NCBI GenBank assembly: GCA_963779755.1
Contig: CAVZZO010000003.1
Coordinates: 1,536,001-1,600,000 of the forward strand
From: an uncultured Gemmatimonadales bacterium
GTDB taxonomy: Bacteria; Gemmatimonadota; Gemmatimonadetes; Gemmatimonadales; GWC2-71-9
DNA: 64,000 bases
Direction of reading: 5' to 3'
This document shows, piece after piece, positions 1 to 9,052 of this stretch. Below the pieces are notes generated by a model. The model was not told the DNA's origin, searched no databases, and saw only the letters and a program-made list of their open reading frames with translations. Every line of letters starts with the position of its first letter. Position 1 is the stretch's first letter. The position numbers and the translations under genes were made by a program.

Positions 1-1067
1 AGCGAGCGCTCCGCCTCGCGCGCCGCCAGGTCGCCCGCGCGACGCGTCATCACGCCGAGCTGCCCGCTCGCCTCCCCCACGGCGAGCACCTGCAGAGCCT
101 GTGGAGAAAGGGCTTTCGCGGCGTCAAGCGACGCCGTCACCCGTTCTCCTTCCCCCACCCGCGTACGAGCGGCGGACAAGCGCTGCGCGATGGCGGGATT
201 GGCCGCCGCCTCCCGCGCCGCATCGAGGGCGGCCAGGATCGGCAGGCCGGACTGGAGCATTCCGCCCAGGGCCCGGCATACCCGGGCGCTGGCCAGCGCC
301 AGGCGCAGCGGGCCGATGAACGGCGTGCGCAGCAGCAATTCCTCGCTGCGCTGGCGCACGGCTGGCCGCCGCAGCGCCGCCCTGGCACCCAGAAGCAGGC
401 CGACCACGACGCCGCCAACGACGCCCCAATGCGTCGCCAGCAGGTGGGAGACGCCGAGGAGGGCACGGGTCGTCGGCGGAAGCTGCTGCCCCAGGTCCGC
501 CAGGAGGCCGGCGAAGCGGGGAATCACCACCGTCGTGATAATGACCACCGCGGCGGTGCCGGTGACAGCCAGAAGGAGCGGGTAGGCCAGCGCCTGGCGC
601 ACGCGCCCGATGAGATCGGCCTCCATCTCCAGATGGCCCGCCACCTCCTCCAGGGCCTGGCCAAGGTGGCCGCCCCGCTCGCCGGCGCGGATCATCCCCG
701 TCACCACGCCGGGAAGGGAGCCGGTCGCCTCCAGCGCCGAGGCCAGGCTCCGGCCCTGCCGGACATGCTCGAACGCCTCGGCCAGCGGCGCCTTCAGCCT
801 GGCCGGTGCCAGGGTGATGGTGGACTGGAACGCCCGATCGAGCGGCACGCCCGCCGTGGTGAGGGACGCCAGCGCCCGAAACACCAGGGCCAGGTCGTGC
901 CGGCGCAGTTGCCGCCGCGGCAGGATCTCGGCGGACTGGACCAACTCCAGCGGCGATAGACCCCGCCGTCCCAGCAGCGCGTCGGCCGCCAGTGGATGCT
1001 CGGCTTCCACCACGCCGCGGACGATCAGGCCATCCGGCCGGGCGGCCCGGTAGCGGTAGACGTTCAT
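1..1067 (-). CDS. gspF: Type II secretion system F family inner-membrane platform protein (GspF/PilC), truncated by the window edge
   Basis: ATG at 1067 gives MNVYRYRAARPDGLIVRGVVEAE..., the typical GspF N-terminus. Later come LALVFRALASLTTAGVPL, ALAYPLLL and, near the window edge, LQVLAVGEASGQL. The start overlaps the gspG stop (ATGA). Confidence 0.9.
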   Translation of the reverse strand, partial: MNVYRYRAARPDGLIVRGVVEAEHPLAADALLGRRGLSPLELVQSAEILPRRQLRRHDLALVFRALASLTTAGVPLDRAFQSTITLAPARLKAPLAEAFEHVRQGRSLASALEATGSLPGVVTGMIRAGERGGHLGQALEEVAGHLEMEADLIGRVRQALAYPLLLAVTGTAAVVIITTVVIPRFAGLLADLGQQLPPTTRALLGVSHLLATHWGVVGGVVVGLLLGARAALRRPAVRQRSEELLLRTPFIGPLRLALASARVCRALGGMLQSGLPILAALDAAREAAANPAIAQRLSAARTRVGEGERVTASLDAAKALSPQALQVLAVGEASGQLGVMTRRAGDLAAREAERS

Positions 1068-1582
1068 GGGGTCGTCGTGTCCCAACTCACGATGTCCGCA
1101 TCCTCGTTCTGTCCGCCCGGCTGGCCGTCCCGGCCGTAGCTGGCCAGGTCATAAGAGGTCGGGCTGTGCACCCCCGGGCTGGTGTAGAGGTAGGGCCGGT
1201 TCCAGGGATCCAGCGGCGCCCGCTTGCGGAGATAGGGGCCGCGCCAGTTCAGCGCCGGCGGCGAACCCTGCGGCAGCTGCCAGAGGGCATCCAAGCCCTG
1301 CGCCGTCGAGGGGTAGTAGTCGTTATCCAGCCGATAGGCATCCAGCGCCGTCCCCAGAATCTCCAACTGGGACTGCGCGGTGGATCGCTTGGCGTCGCCC
1401 ACGTTCCGGAAGACCATGGGCGAGACGATGCTCGCCAGAATCGCGATGACGGCGATGACGACGAGGATCTCGATGAGGGTGAAGCCGGCAGTGGGGCGGT
1501 ACGGCGGTACGGCGGTACGGCGGTAGCAAAGGAAGGCCGACCGCCTGAGGGTCCGACCGCCCGACCACCCGACCGCCCTCAT
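1064..1582 (-). CDS. gspG: Type II secretion major pseudopilin GspG
   Basis: Prepilin site G|FTLIEILVVIAVIAILA, plus ALDAYRLDN-YYPST-QGL, W-GPYL, DPWNRPYLY and SYGRDG. ATG at 1582 overlaps the gspE stop. Confidence 0.93.
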   Translation of the reverse strand: MRAVGWSGGRTLRRSAFLCYRRTAVPPYRPTAGFTLIEILVVIAVIAILASIVSPMVFRNVGDAKRSTAQSQLEILGTALDAYRLDNDYYPSTAQGLDALWQLPQGSPPALNWRGPYLRKRAPLDPWNRPYLYTSPGVHSPTSYDLASYGRDGQPGGQNEDADIVSWDTTTP

Positions 1583-3084
1583 TGTCCCACCACGCGCATC
1601 ACTTCCTCCACGGTCGTCATCCCCGCCTGCACCTTGCTCCAGCCGTCCTGTTTGAGCGTCGTCATGCCCTCCGCGGCGGCGAGGCGCCGCAGGTCCGTCG
1701 GCGACGGATGGGTGATCAGCATCTGCTGCAGCTCCTCGCTCATGGTGAGCAGTTCGTAGATTCCGGTCCGGCCCCGGTACCCGGTCTGGCGGCAGCCGTC
1801 GCAGCCCCGCCCCCGTTCCAGCCGCCCTTCCTCTATATCCGGCACCACCACCGGCCCCTCCCGCAGCAGCGCCAGCGCCCCGGGATCGGGGCGGTAGCGC
1901 TCGCGGCACTCGGCACAGGTCTTCCGCACCAGCCGCTGGGCCAGCACCCCCTCCAGGCTGGCGGCGATCATATAGGGCTCGACCCCCAGATCGGTGAGCC
2001 GGGTCAGCGCACTGACGGCGTCATTGGTATGGAGGGTGGAGAAGACAAGGTGGCCGGTCATGGCGGCCTGCACCGCGATCGCCGCGGTCTCGGCATCGCG
2101 CATCTCGCCCACCATCAGGACATCCGGGTCCTGCCGCAGAATGCTCCGGAGCGCGGCGGCAAACGTCATCCCGCTCTGAACGTGCACCGGCACCTGCGTC
2201 ACCCCGGGCAGGTGGTATTCGACCGGATCCTCGACCGTGATGATCTTCTCCTCCCCGCTGCGACGGAGCGCCAGCGCGGCATAGAGCGTCGTAGTCTTGC
2301 CGCTCCCGGTGGGCCCCGTGGAGAGCACGATCCCGTGGGAGCGGCCGGCCAGCGCCCGGAACCGCTCCAGCAGGGCCGGCGGCATCCCCAGCTCGTCCAG
2401 CCCCACCAGCCGCCCGCCCCGGTCCAGCAGCCGCAGCACCACCGATTCGCCGTGCAGCGTGGGCACGGTGGAGACCCGGAGATCGAGCTCTCGCGCTTCC
2501 AGCCGCACCCGGATCCGGCCATCCTGCGGCAGGCGCCGCTGCGCGATGTCCAGCTCGGCCAGCAGCTTGATCCGGGAGACCACCGCCGCCTGGAGCGCCG
2601 GGGGCGGGCTCGGCAGCTCCGTCAGGACCCCGTCAATCCGGAGCCGGACGCGGAGCCCGTCTGCCGTGGCCTCCAGGTGGATATCGCTGGCGGCGGCGCT
2701 ATGGGCCTCCCGGATGAGCAGGTTGACGAACCGGATGACGGGGGGCTGGTTGGCCAGGTCGCGGGCATCGGCCAGCGGTTCGCCGGACGCGTCTCCCTCC
2801 GAGGAGCCGGCCGAGCCCAGATCCCGGACCAGTTCCACCATGGATTCCGCCTGGGCGGCGGTGCGCCGGATCGCATCCAGCAGCTCGTCTTCGGCCACGG
2901 GTTGGAGCCGCAGCGGCACGCCATAGTGATGCCGCAGATCCTCCAGCACTTCCGGGTTCTCCTCGCCCGCCACGGCGACCACCAGCTCGCCCTGCTCCAG
3001 CGCGAGCGGGAGCAGACGGAAGAAGGCGAGATACTCAGGACTGAGGCCGGCGGGGATGCCGAGGGTGCTGTGGAGCAGAGGCAT
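1579..3084 (-). CDS. gspE: Type II secretion ATPase GspE/PulE
   Basis: ASDIHLE, RLPQDGR, Walker A GPTGSGKTT, ITVEDPVE, LRQDPDVLMVGEMRD, STLHTND and a tetra-Cys motif. The start at 3084 (MPLLHST) was chosen because it lies downstream of the sigma-54 promoter. Confidence 0.95.
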   Translation of the reverse strand: MPLLHSTLGIPAGLSPEYLAFFRLLPLALEQGELVVAVAGEENPEVLEDLRHHYGVPLRLQPVAEDELLDAIRRTAAQAESMVELVRDLGSAGSSEGDASGEPLADARDLANQPPVIRFVNLLIREAHSAAASDIHLEATADGLRVRLRIDGVLTELPSPPPALQAAVVSRIKLLAELDIAQRRLPQDGRIRVRLEARELDLRVSTVPTLHGESVVLRLLDRGGRLVGLDELGMPPALLERFRALAGRSHGIVLSTGPTGSGKTTTLYAALALRRSGEEKIITVEDPVEYHLPGVTQVPVHVQSGMTFAAALRSILRQDPDVLMVGEMRDAETAAIAVQAAMTGHLVFSTLHTNDAVSALTRLTDLGVEPYMIAASLEGVLAQRLVRKTCAECRERYRPDPGALALLREGPVVVPDIEEGRLERGRGCDGCRQTGYRGRTGIYELLTMSEELQQMLITHPSPTDLRRLAAAEGMTTLKQDGWSKVQAGMTTVEEVMRVVGQ

Positions 3085-3117
3085 GGGGATCCAGGGATCA
3101 AGATGATCGTTCCTCAG

Positions 3118-3133
3118 GCACACTACATACCAG
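3118..3133 (-). promoter_or_regulatory. Putative sigma-54 -24/-12 promoter for gspE-G-F
   Basis: Minus strand reads CTGGTATGTAGTGTGC, i.e. GG-N10-GC, about 35 bp upstream of the gspE start. Confidence 0.7.
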
Positions 3134-3201
3134 AGCACCTCCTATGGCTAATCCTGTTGCTGCTCATCCGGTTATCTGGGGAAACGCGGCGTCCGGACCG
3201 G

Positions 3202-3250
3202 TGTGTCACGGGCCCCCAGAACTGTGTCATTTCTGGGGTCCGGTGTATCA
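3202..3250 (-). promoter_or_regulatory. Putative bEBP enhancer: three TGACACA-like heptamers at 21-bp period
   Basis: Plus strand shows tgtgtca at 3202, tgtgtca at 3223 and tgtatca at 3244. Confidence 0.7.
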
Positions 3251-4171
3251 GGCTGAGCGGAAGGTGCGGGAATCGGATCGCTTCCGCGCCCGGTAGAACG
3301 TGCTGCGACACATCCCCAGGGTAGCGGCGGCTTTGGTCTTGTTGCCGGCGGCCAGTTCGACCACCTGGTCCAGCAGGTCCTCGCTCAGGTCCGGTGCCGC
3401 CAGGCGGGCAAGATCGCCCACACTCTGTAGAAACCTCGGGGGCAGGTGGGCGGGCCCGGCGAGGCCGCCGGGCTTCCCATGCACCGCGATATACTCGCAG
3501 ACGCTTTTCAATTGCCGGATGTTGCCCGGCCAGGGAGCGCTCAGGAAGATGGCCCGTACCTCGGGTGACAGCCTCGGCGGGGATTCCGGCGCGGCAAACT
3601 CGCGAAGAAACCGGGCCGCCAGGAACAGGATGTCGGGGCGCCGCTCCCGCAGGGGCGGAACCTCCAGGATGGCATAGCCAAACCGATCCAGCAGATCGGC
3701 CCGGAATTCCCCCGCCGCGGCGAGCGCGAAGAGATCCGCATTGGTGGCGCAGATCACGCGCGTATCCACCTTGATCGGGCGGATGTCGTGCAATCGGAAC
3801 ACCACCCCGTCTTCGATGACATGGAGGAGCGTCTCCTGGACCTCGGCGGAGGCGGAGCCCAGTTCGTCCAGGAAGAACGAGCCGCCATGGGCCGACTCGA
3901 TGAGCCCCTTGCGATCCGTCACCGCGCCGGTAAAGGAGCCGCGGGTGTGGCCGCCGAGGATGGAGGCGCCGAGACTGCCCGGGATCGCCGCCGCCGAGGT
4001 GTAATGGAAGCCGTGGCGGCCGGAAACCTGGTGCAGCAGACGCGCGAGCACCCCCTTGCCCGTGCCGCGCTCGCCCAGCAGGAGGAGGGGACGGCGCGTC
4101 GGCCCCCAGGCGCGTACTTCCTTCATGACCGAGTCCGGAAACTCCAGACCGTGCGGGACGTGTGGATCCAT
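3248..4171 (-). CDS. Sigma-54-dependent activator (AAA+ domain plus Fis-type HTH, no N-terminal sensor domain)
   Basis: GERGTGKG Walker A, GHTRGSFTGA (GAFTGA variant), FFLDELG, ICATN, FRADL, WPGNIRQL and GNKTKAAATLGMCRSTFY HTH. Start MDPHV at 4171 is inferred. Confidence 0.9.
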   Translation of the reverse strand: MDPHVPHGLEFPDSVMKEVRAWGPTRRPLLLLGERGTGKGVLARLLHQVSGRHGFHYTSAAAIPGSLGASILGGHTRGSFTGAVTDRKGLIESAHGGSFFLDELGSASAEVQETLLHVIEDGVVFRLHDIRPIKVDTRVICATNADLFALAAAGEFRADLLDRFGYAILEVPPLRERRPDILFLAARFLREFAAPESPPRLSPEVRAIFLSAPWPGNIRQLKSVCEYIAVHGKPGGLAGPAHLPPRFLQSVGDLARLAAPDLSEDLLDQVVELAAGNKTKAAATLGMCRSTFYRARKRSDSRTFRSA

Positions 4172-4287
4172 GGAATCGGACGCGGTGTCCGGGGGCTGAG
4201 GTATGGCAGATAGGCTACCCCGAAATCTGAACTCCGCTAGAGGGAACTTCACCACGCCGTAAAGCGGGAACGGATTGCCCGGGGGTG

Positions 4288-4336
4288 TGACACACTTTCC
4301 GCCCGCGGTGACACACTTTTCTCCCCGCCTGAGACA
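4288..4336 (+). promoter_or_regulatory. Putative bEBP enhancer: three TGACACA-like heptamers at 21-bp period
   Basis: TGACACA at 4288, TGACACA at 4309 and TGAGACA at 4330. Confidence 0.7.
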
Positions 4337-4404
4337 GTCGAAAACCTGCCCATCTTCTCCACCCAACTCTTGGAGCGGCGGGCAGTTGGCACGCGAGGAC
4401 GGAA

Positions 4405-4420
4405 CCGGCACGGTGCCTGC
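4405..4420 (+). promoter_or_regulatory. Putative sigma-54 -24/-12 promoter for the RHS gene
   Basis: CCGGCACGGTGCCTGC is GG-N10-GC with the GGCACG core, 35 bp before the GTG start. GGAGA RBS at 4444. Confidence 0.75.
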
Positions 4421-4455
4421 CAAGGGCAGGATCAACCTCTGCCGGAGAACTCGCC

Positions 4456-7400
4456 GTGCATGCGCGCCGTTTGGCCGTTCTGGTTCCTGCGCTATTCCTT
4501 GCTGCTCTAGTCTTAGGCTTCCCCGATGCTCAGCCCCTCCCTGCGCAGAGCCAGCCGCTCTGCGTCAGCGGCTGTAACAACTTCAACGTCTATGTCACTC
4601 CGGATGGATCCACATCGCCTTCTCGGCCGGCGAACAGCAATGGTTATAGTGCCTTATTCCAGGTACAGAACAATGGGGCTCTCCAGGACTCGTACGACAT
4701 CACCTGCCTGGGGAGTAGCGGGGTTACCTGTACCGGTGTGAGTTCCAGCAATCTCACCATCGCATCCGGGGCCAAGAAGTTTGTCACGGCCTACTACAAC
4801 GTGGGCTCGCAGGGGACCGGCAAACTCCGTCTTACCGCCGCAGGAGAGGCCTCGGATACTGGCTGGTACAATGTTCCCATCACCGCTCCACAAGGGTTCC
4901 CCGGAGTCGCCCTGATCAACTTCAACCGCGACAACCATGATCGCTCGCTGTGTTTGACGGCAGGCGCGGGAGAGGCGGCCGCGTATCAATGCGGGTATCT
5001 CACCGTATATCACTCGATGCCGGGCTACACGACGAAAGGACGGGAGCGCTCACTGAGCCTGGTCCACACCTCGGAACAGGCGTATCCCAGCCCGATCGTG
5101 GTTGCCGGCGTGACTGAACCGGTCACGATTGCCAAGCCCGACAACATTTTCTTCCAGCTGTCCGTCAGTGGAGTGGTGCGGGATACCGGGCACATGGGGA
5201 ACTGGGGCGGCGGCCCAACGGACGTGACCCGCCAGGTGATCATCACCTACAACGCGAGTAGCGACTCCACCGGGCTGTATCCCATCTCGCTTCTGATCCG
5301 GAATGAGTACGGTGCGGCGACATATGACGTTGTCCTCGCCGATACACTCATGGGGGTGAACCGGACAGGGAGCGAGTTCGGGGCCGGGTGGGGGCTGGAT
5401 GGGATCGAGCATCTCTACTTCAACCAGCCGGTGGGGACCGCGAAGGGGGACATCCTGCTGGTGGATGGCGACGGCTCCGGCCGCTGGTACCACAAGCTCA
5501 CGGCCACGACCTGGGCGGGGCCCAGGGGCACCTATCAGGACACCCTCACCTACAGCAGCACAACCCAGCGCTACACCCGGACCCTGCGGCACGGGATCCA
5601 GGTGGTCTTCGACGCCAGCGGCCGGCATGTGAAGACGGTGAACCGGGTCGGCGATTCCACCGTCTTCGTCTGGAGCGGCAGCCCGGTGCGCCTCACCAGC
5701 ATCAAGGTGCCCCCGGTGGGGCAGACCGGCACGGTGTACACCCTGGCCTGGGACGGCAATCACCAGCTGGACAAGATCACCGATCCGGCGGGGCGGGTGC
5801 TGGATGCAACGGTGACGAGCAACACGCTCGTGAGCTTGAAGGATCCCGATTCGTTGACCACAACCTTCAACTACAACACCAATCAACTCATTTCGGCCCG
5901 CACCGATACGCGAGGTAACAGCAGCTATTACACTTACACGCTGAATCTGTTGTCAACGGCCCGGCTTCCCCTTGACACTGTGGGAACGAGCTACGCCACG
6001 ACGACCTACACGCCGTGGAACTGGAAGTTCGTAGATCCTGACACAGCCTACACCAAGATCCTGGGCCCGCGGCCGAATCTGGCGGATGACGCGACCTTCT
6101 GGCTGGACAAGTGGGGGGCACCGGTCAAGATCAAGGATGCGCTGGGGGCCGTAACCACCATCGTGCGGGGGAACAGTGCGGTCCCGGCGCTGGCCACCAA
6201 GGTCGTTCGCTCCAACGGCCATGTGGACTCGATGACCTACGACAACCGGGGAAATCTCTCCGAGGCGCGCAGCCTTAGTAGCCAATCGGGGGCGCCTACC
6301 AGCTATACCAGCTACACCTACGGCGACCTCACCAACGCGCCCGATTCGCCCACCCGGGTGACCGATGCCCTGGGCCGGCATACCGATTACACCTATACCT
6401 CCCTCGGCCTGACCAAGTCGGTGACGTCTCCCAACGGCCATACGATGGGATTCGCCTACCAGCTCACCGGGCTCCAGAAGGGCGAACTCCTGAGCGTCAC
6501 CGATTCGCAGGTGACCGTCTGGCATGAGAGCGCGGCGAAGGACACCGTGCTGAATCTGACGCAGCGCTTCACGTATACCTCCCCGCTGGGGAACATCCAG
6601 ACCACCACGGCGCCGAGCGGCGTCGTGACCAGTTATGTCCTGGACGCCTACGGCGGGATCAAGGAGTTCTTCGACCCCTACGGGACGCATACGCGCTACG
6701 TGGCGGACGTGATGGGGCGGGTGACGATTGACAGCCAGTTCAACGGGTGGTGGGACCAGGGGCGGCACCCGACGACCTGGACGCCGCTGGCCGGGTGTGA
6801 TTCGACGTATTTCAACTGCAACCCGGCGCTCGTCAACTACGTCCCCAACTACAACTATCTGCTCACCCACTACCACTGGTCGGCGGCCGGGGTGGATACG
6901 GTCACCGATCCCGGCGGCGTCGTCCGGTCGTACGCCTATGGGCCCAGGGGCGAGGTGGTCTCCGAGAGTGACGAGTTCGGCCATCATCGCACGGCGGTCT
7001 ACGACGAGGCCGGGCTTCTGACGAGCAGTACCTCACGCTCCAACTTCCAGGTGCGCTTCCACTACGACCTTGCCGGCCGGCGTACCTCGATGGTGTACCC
7101 AACCCGTATCTGGGGTGTCGTGTACCCAGGTGACACCGCCCATGTGGCTGGCGACAGTCTGTATTACCAGTATGACAGCCTGGGACACCTGACGCTGGCC
7201 CATGACCGGTGGAACGAAATCCGCCGGACCTACTATGCCAATGGGGCGCTGAAGGCCAAGCGGACCACGAGCCCGGCGGATTCCCTGGTGTACACGTATG
7301 ATGCAAGCGGCGCGGTGAAAACGATGATCGCCGTCCAGGGAAGCGGCTGGAAGGATTCCGTCGAGTACACCTATGACGCCGCCGGCGCCCTGGATTCCAT

Positions 7401-9045
7401 GCGCGTGACCTTCAATGTGCAGGGCACGCCAGTCGCCCGGGTGTTTACGTTCGACTGGGACGAGCTGGGCCGCCGCAAGCTGGTGACCTATCCCAACGCG
7501 ATGAAAGTTCATTACAGCTATGACCCCGCCGGCGCGCTGCGGCAGGTCATCGATACGAATCCGGGTAATCCCTCGGGTACTACGGACCGCTTCGACTTCA
7601 CCTATCGCAATACTAATGTGGACCCCGCCGGTCGTGTTTACTACCACACGGGCGACTGCCGCACCATTCAATTCGGTGACGCCAACAACTCGGCCTGTCA
7701 AGACAACGGGACCCAGCGGCAGATCACCAGCGTCTATAGCCGCCTGAGTGCGCTGGTCACCCAACGGCACAACCTGTATGCGGATACCATGGCCTACGAC
7801 AAGTCGGGGAACATGGTCTTCCACCACCTCGGGGCCAGTACCGCTACCCGGATGTGGCTGCACATGGTGCTCAACAGCAACCGGCTGAACTACGACTCCA
7901 CCGCCGGCGACGGTGCGGTAACGATTCGGCAATTCTATGACGCTGACGGTGCAGAGACGCTGCGTCGGCCCAGTGACAGCACCCTGAATACGGTGAGCCT
8001 CTGGCGGTGGTATTACTACGATGGACTGGGCCGGATGAGCGGCTATCGCTACGCCACCTGGAATCAGAGCTGGGGCCTGGATTTACACTACGACCCCGAC
8101 CACTGCCGCTACGATGCCGATGGCCAGCAGATGCTGGGCTGCGACAATCTGGCCCCGGCGATGGCCTTCGAGGGCCCCAATCCCTCCTGGGGCTCGACCG
8201 GCTGGCGCTATTTCCACGCCCCTGGGGTGGATGAGCCCCTGGTGGCCCTCTTCAGGTCAGGGGCGCCGCCCTCCGTTCTGAGCGAGATCTACTTCGTGAC
8301 GGATGGCCAGGGACGGCAGATTGCCGCCGCGCATCCGAATGGGGGTCTCTCCGCCGATGACCTGACTTCCGACAAGGCGGGCTGGCAATACGCCGGGGCG
8401 GCGAAGAACGCGGACGGCTTCGGCGCCGACCGGTACCAGCCGGCCAACCTCCCCCAGGTATCGCTCTTCCGGAATCGCGCGTATGATTCCCGGACGGGGC
8501 GATGGACGCAGGAGGATCCCATCGGGGCGGCGGGGGGGATCAATCTGTATCAGTTCAACGGGAATAATCCGGTAGTCAATACTGATCCGTTTGGGCTAGA
8601 CCCATGTAATCCTCCGGGAAGTTGCAAGGCTGTTGGCGTAGCGGTTGGAGCGGCGGCGGGGGCTGCAGTTGGAGATCTTGTCGCTGGTGGTTGTGCGGCA
8701 ACAACTGGTGGGGCGTGCCTTCTTGGCGCACCTGCGATCGTCGGCGTATCCGCTGGCATTGGCTCAGCTGGGGGAGGTCTTGTAGGGACTGTTGTTGAAC
8801 ATAAAGATGCATTGGAGCAAGTTGGGAAAAATGTAGTAAATTCCCTGCGGACAACTTGGCAGAAGATCAAGACTGCGGTCGGGTTGGCAGTGGGTCTTCA
8901 TGGTGGGCACCAGCCGCCAAAGATGCCGCATGATGACCCACCTCCTCCTCCAGTCAAGCCGGCACCAGCCCCTCCGGGGGGCGGGAAGCCCGATATCCAA
9001 ATTGGTCCCGACGGAGTTCCCAGAATGAAGATTCCTTCGCCGTGA
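4456..9045 (+). CDS. RHS/YD-repeat protein with Sec signal peptide and polymorphic C-terminal toxin domain
   Basis: N-terminal basic then hydrophobic signal (MHARRLAVLVPALFLAALVLGFPDAQ), FGAGWGL and many YD repeats. Core RNRAYDSRTGRWTQEDPIG...NLYQF-GNNPV--TDPFGL is followed by a Gly/Ala-rich hydrophobic tip and a Pro-rich tail. Confidence 0.95.
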   Translation: MHARRLAVLVPALFLAALVLGFPDAQPLPAQSQPLCVSGCNNFNVYVTPDGSTSPSRPANSNGYSALFQVQNNGALQDSYDITCLGSSGVTCTGVSSSNLTIASGAKKFVTAYYNVGSQGTGKLRLTAAGEASDTGWYNVPITAPQGFPGVALINFNRDNHDRSLCLTAGAGEAAAYQCGYLTVYHSMPGYTTKGRERSLSLVHTSEQAYPSPIVVAGVTEPVTIAKPDNIFFQLSVSGVVRDTGHMGNWGGGPTDVTRQVIITYNASSDSTGLYPISLLIRNEYGAATYDVVLADTLMGVNRTGSEFGAGWGLDGIEHLYFNQPVGTAKGDILLVDGDGSGRWYHKLTATTWAGPRGTYQDTLTYSSTTQRYTRTLRHGIQVVFDASGRHVKTVNRVGDSTVFVWSGSPVRLTSIKVPPVGQTGTVYTLAWDGNHQLDKITDPAGRVLDATVTSNTLVSLKDPDSLTTTFNYNTNQLISARTDTRGNSSYYTYTLNLLSTARLPLDTVGTSYATTTYTPWNWKFVDPDTAYTKILGPRPNLADDATFWLDKWGAPVKIKDALGAVTTIVRGNSAVPALATKVVRSNGHVDSMTYDNRGNLSEARSLSSQSGAPTSYTSYTYGDLTNAPDSPTRVTDALGRHTDYTYTSLGLTKSVTSPNGHTMGFAYQLTGLQKGELLSVTDSQVTVWHESAAKDTVLNLTQRFTYTSPLGNIQTTTAPSGVVTSYVLDAYGGIKEFFDPYGTHTRYVADVMGRVTIDSQFNGWWDQGRHPTTWTPLAGCDSTYFNCNPALVNYVPNYNYLLTHYHWSAAGVDTVTDPGGVVRSYAYGPRGEVVSESDEFGHHRTAVYDEAGLLTSSTSRSNFQVRFHYDLAGRRTSMVYPTRIWGVVYPGDTAHVAGDSLYYQYDSLGHLTLAHDRWNEIRRTYYANGALKAKRTTSPADSLVYTYDASGAVKTMIAVQGSGWKDSVEYTYDAAGALDSMRVTFNVQGTPVARVFTFDWDELGRRKLVTYPNAMKVHYSYDPAGALRQVIDTNPGNPSGTTDRFDFTYRNTNVDPAGRVYYHTGDCRTIQFGDANNSACQDNGTQRQITSVYSRLSALVTQRHNLYADTMAYDKSGNMVFHHLGASTATRMWLHMVLNSNRLNYDSTAGDGAVTIRQFYDADGAETLRRPSDSTLNTVSLWRWYYYDGLGRMSGYRYATWNQSWGLDLHYDPDHCRYDADGQQMLGCDNLAPAMAFEGPNPSWGSTGWRYFHAPGVDEPLVALFRSGAPPSVLSEIYFVTDGQGRQIAAAHPNGGLSADDLTSDKAGWQYAGAAKNADGFGADRYQPANLPQVSLFRNRAYDSRTGRWTQEDPIGAAGGINLYQFNGNNPVVNTDPFGLDPCNPPGSCKAVGVAVGAAAGAAVGDLVAGGCAATTGGACLLGAPAIVGVSAGIGSAGGGLVGTVVEHKDALEQVGKNVVNSLRTTWQKIKTAVGLAVGLHGGHQPPKMPHDDPPPPPVKPAPAPPGGGKPDIQIGPDGVPRMKIPSP

Positions 9046-9052
9046 AGGAGCC

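Noticed and set aside
4387..4400. Alternative sigma-54 site TTGGCACG upstream of the RHS gene
   Set aside because: No GC at the -12 position. The site at 4405-4420 has the correct spacing.
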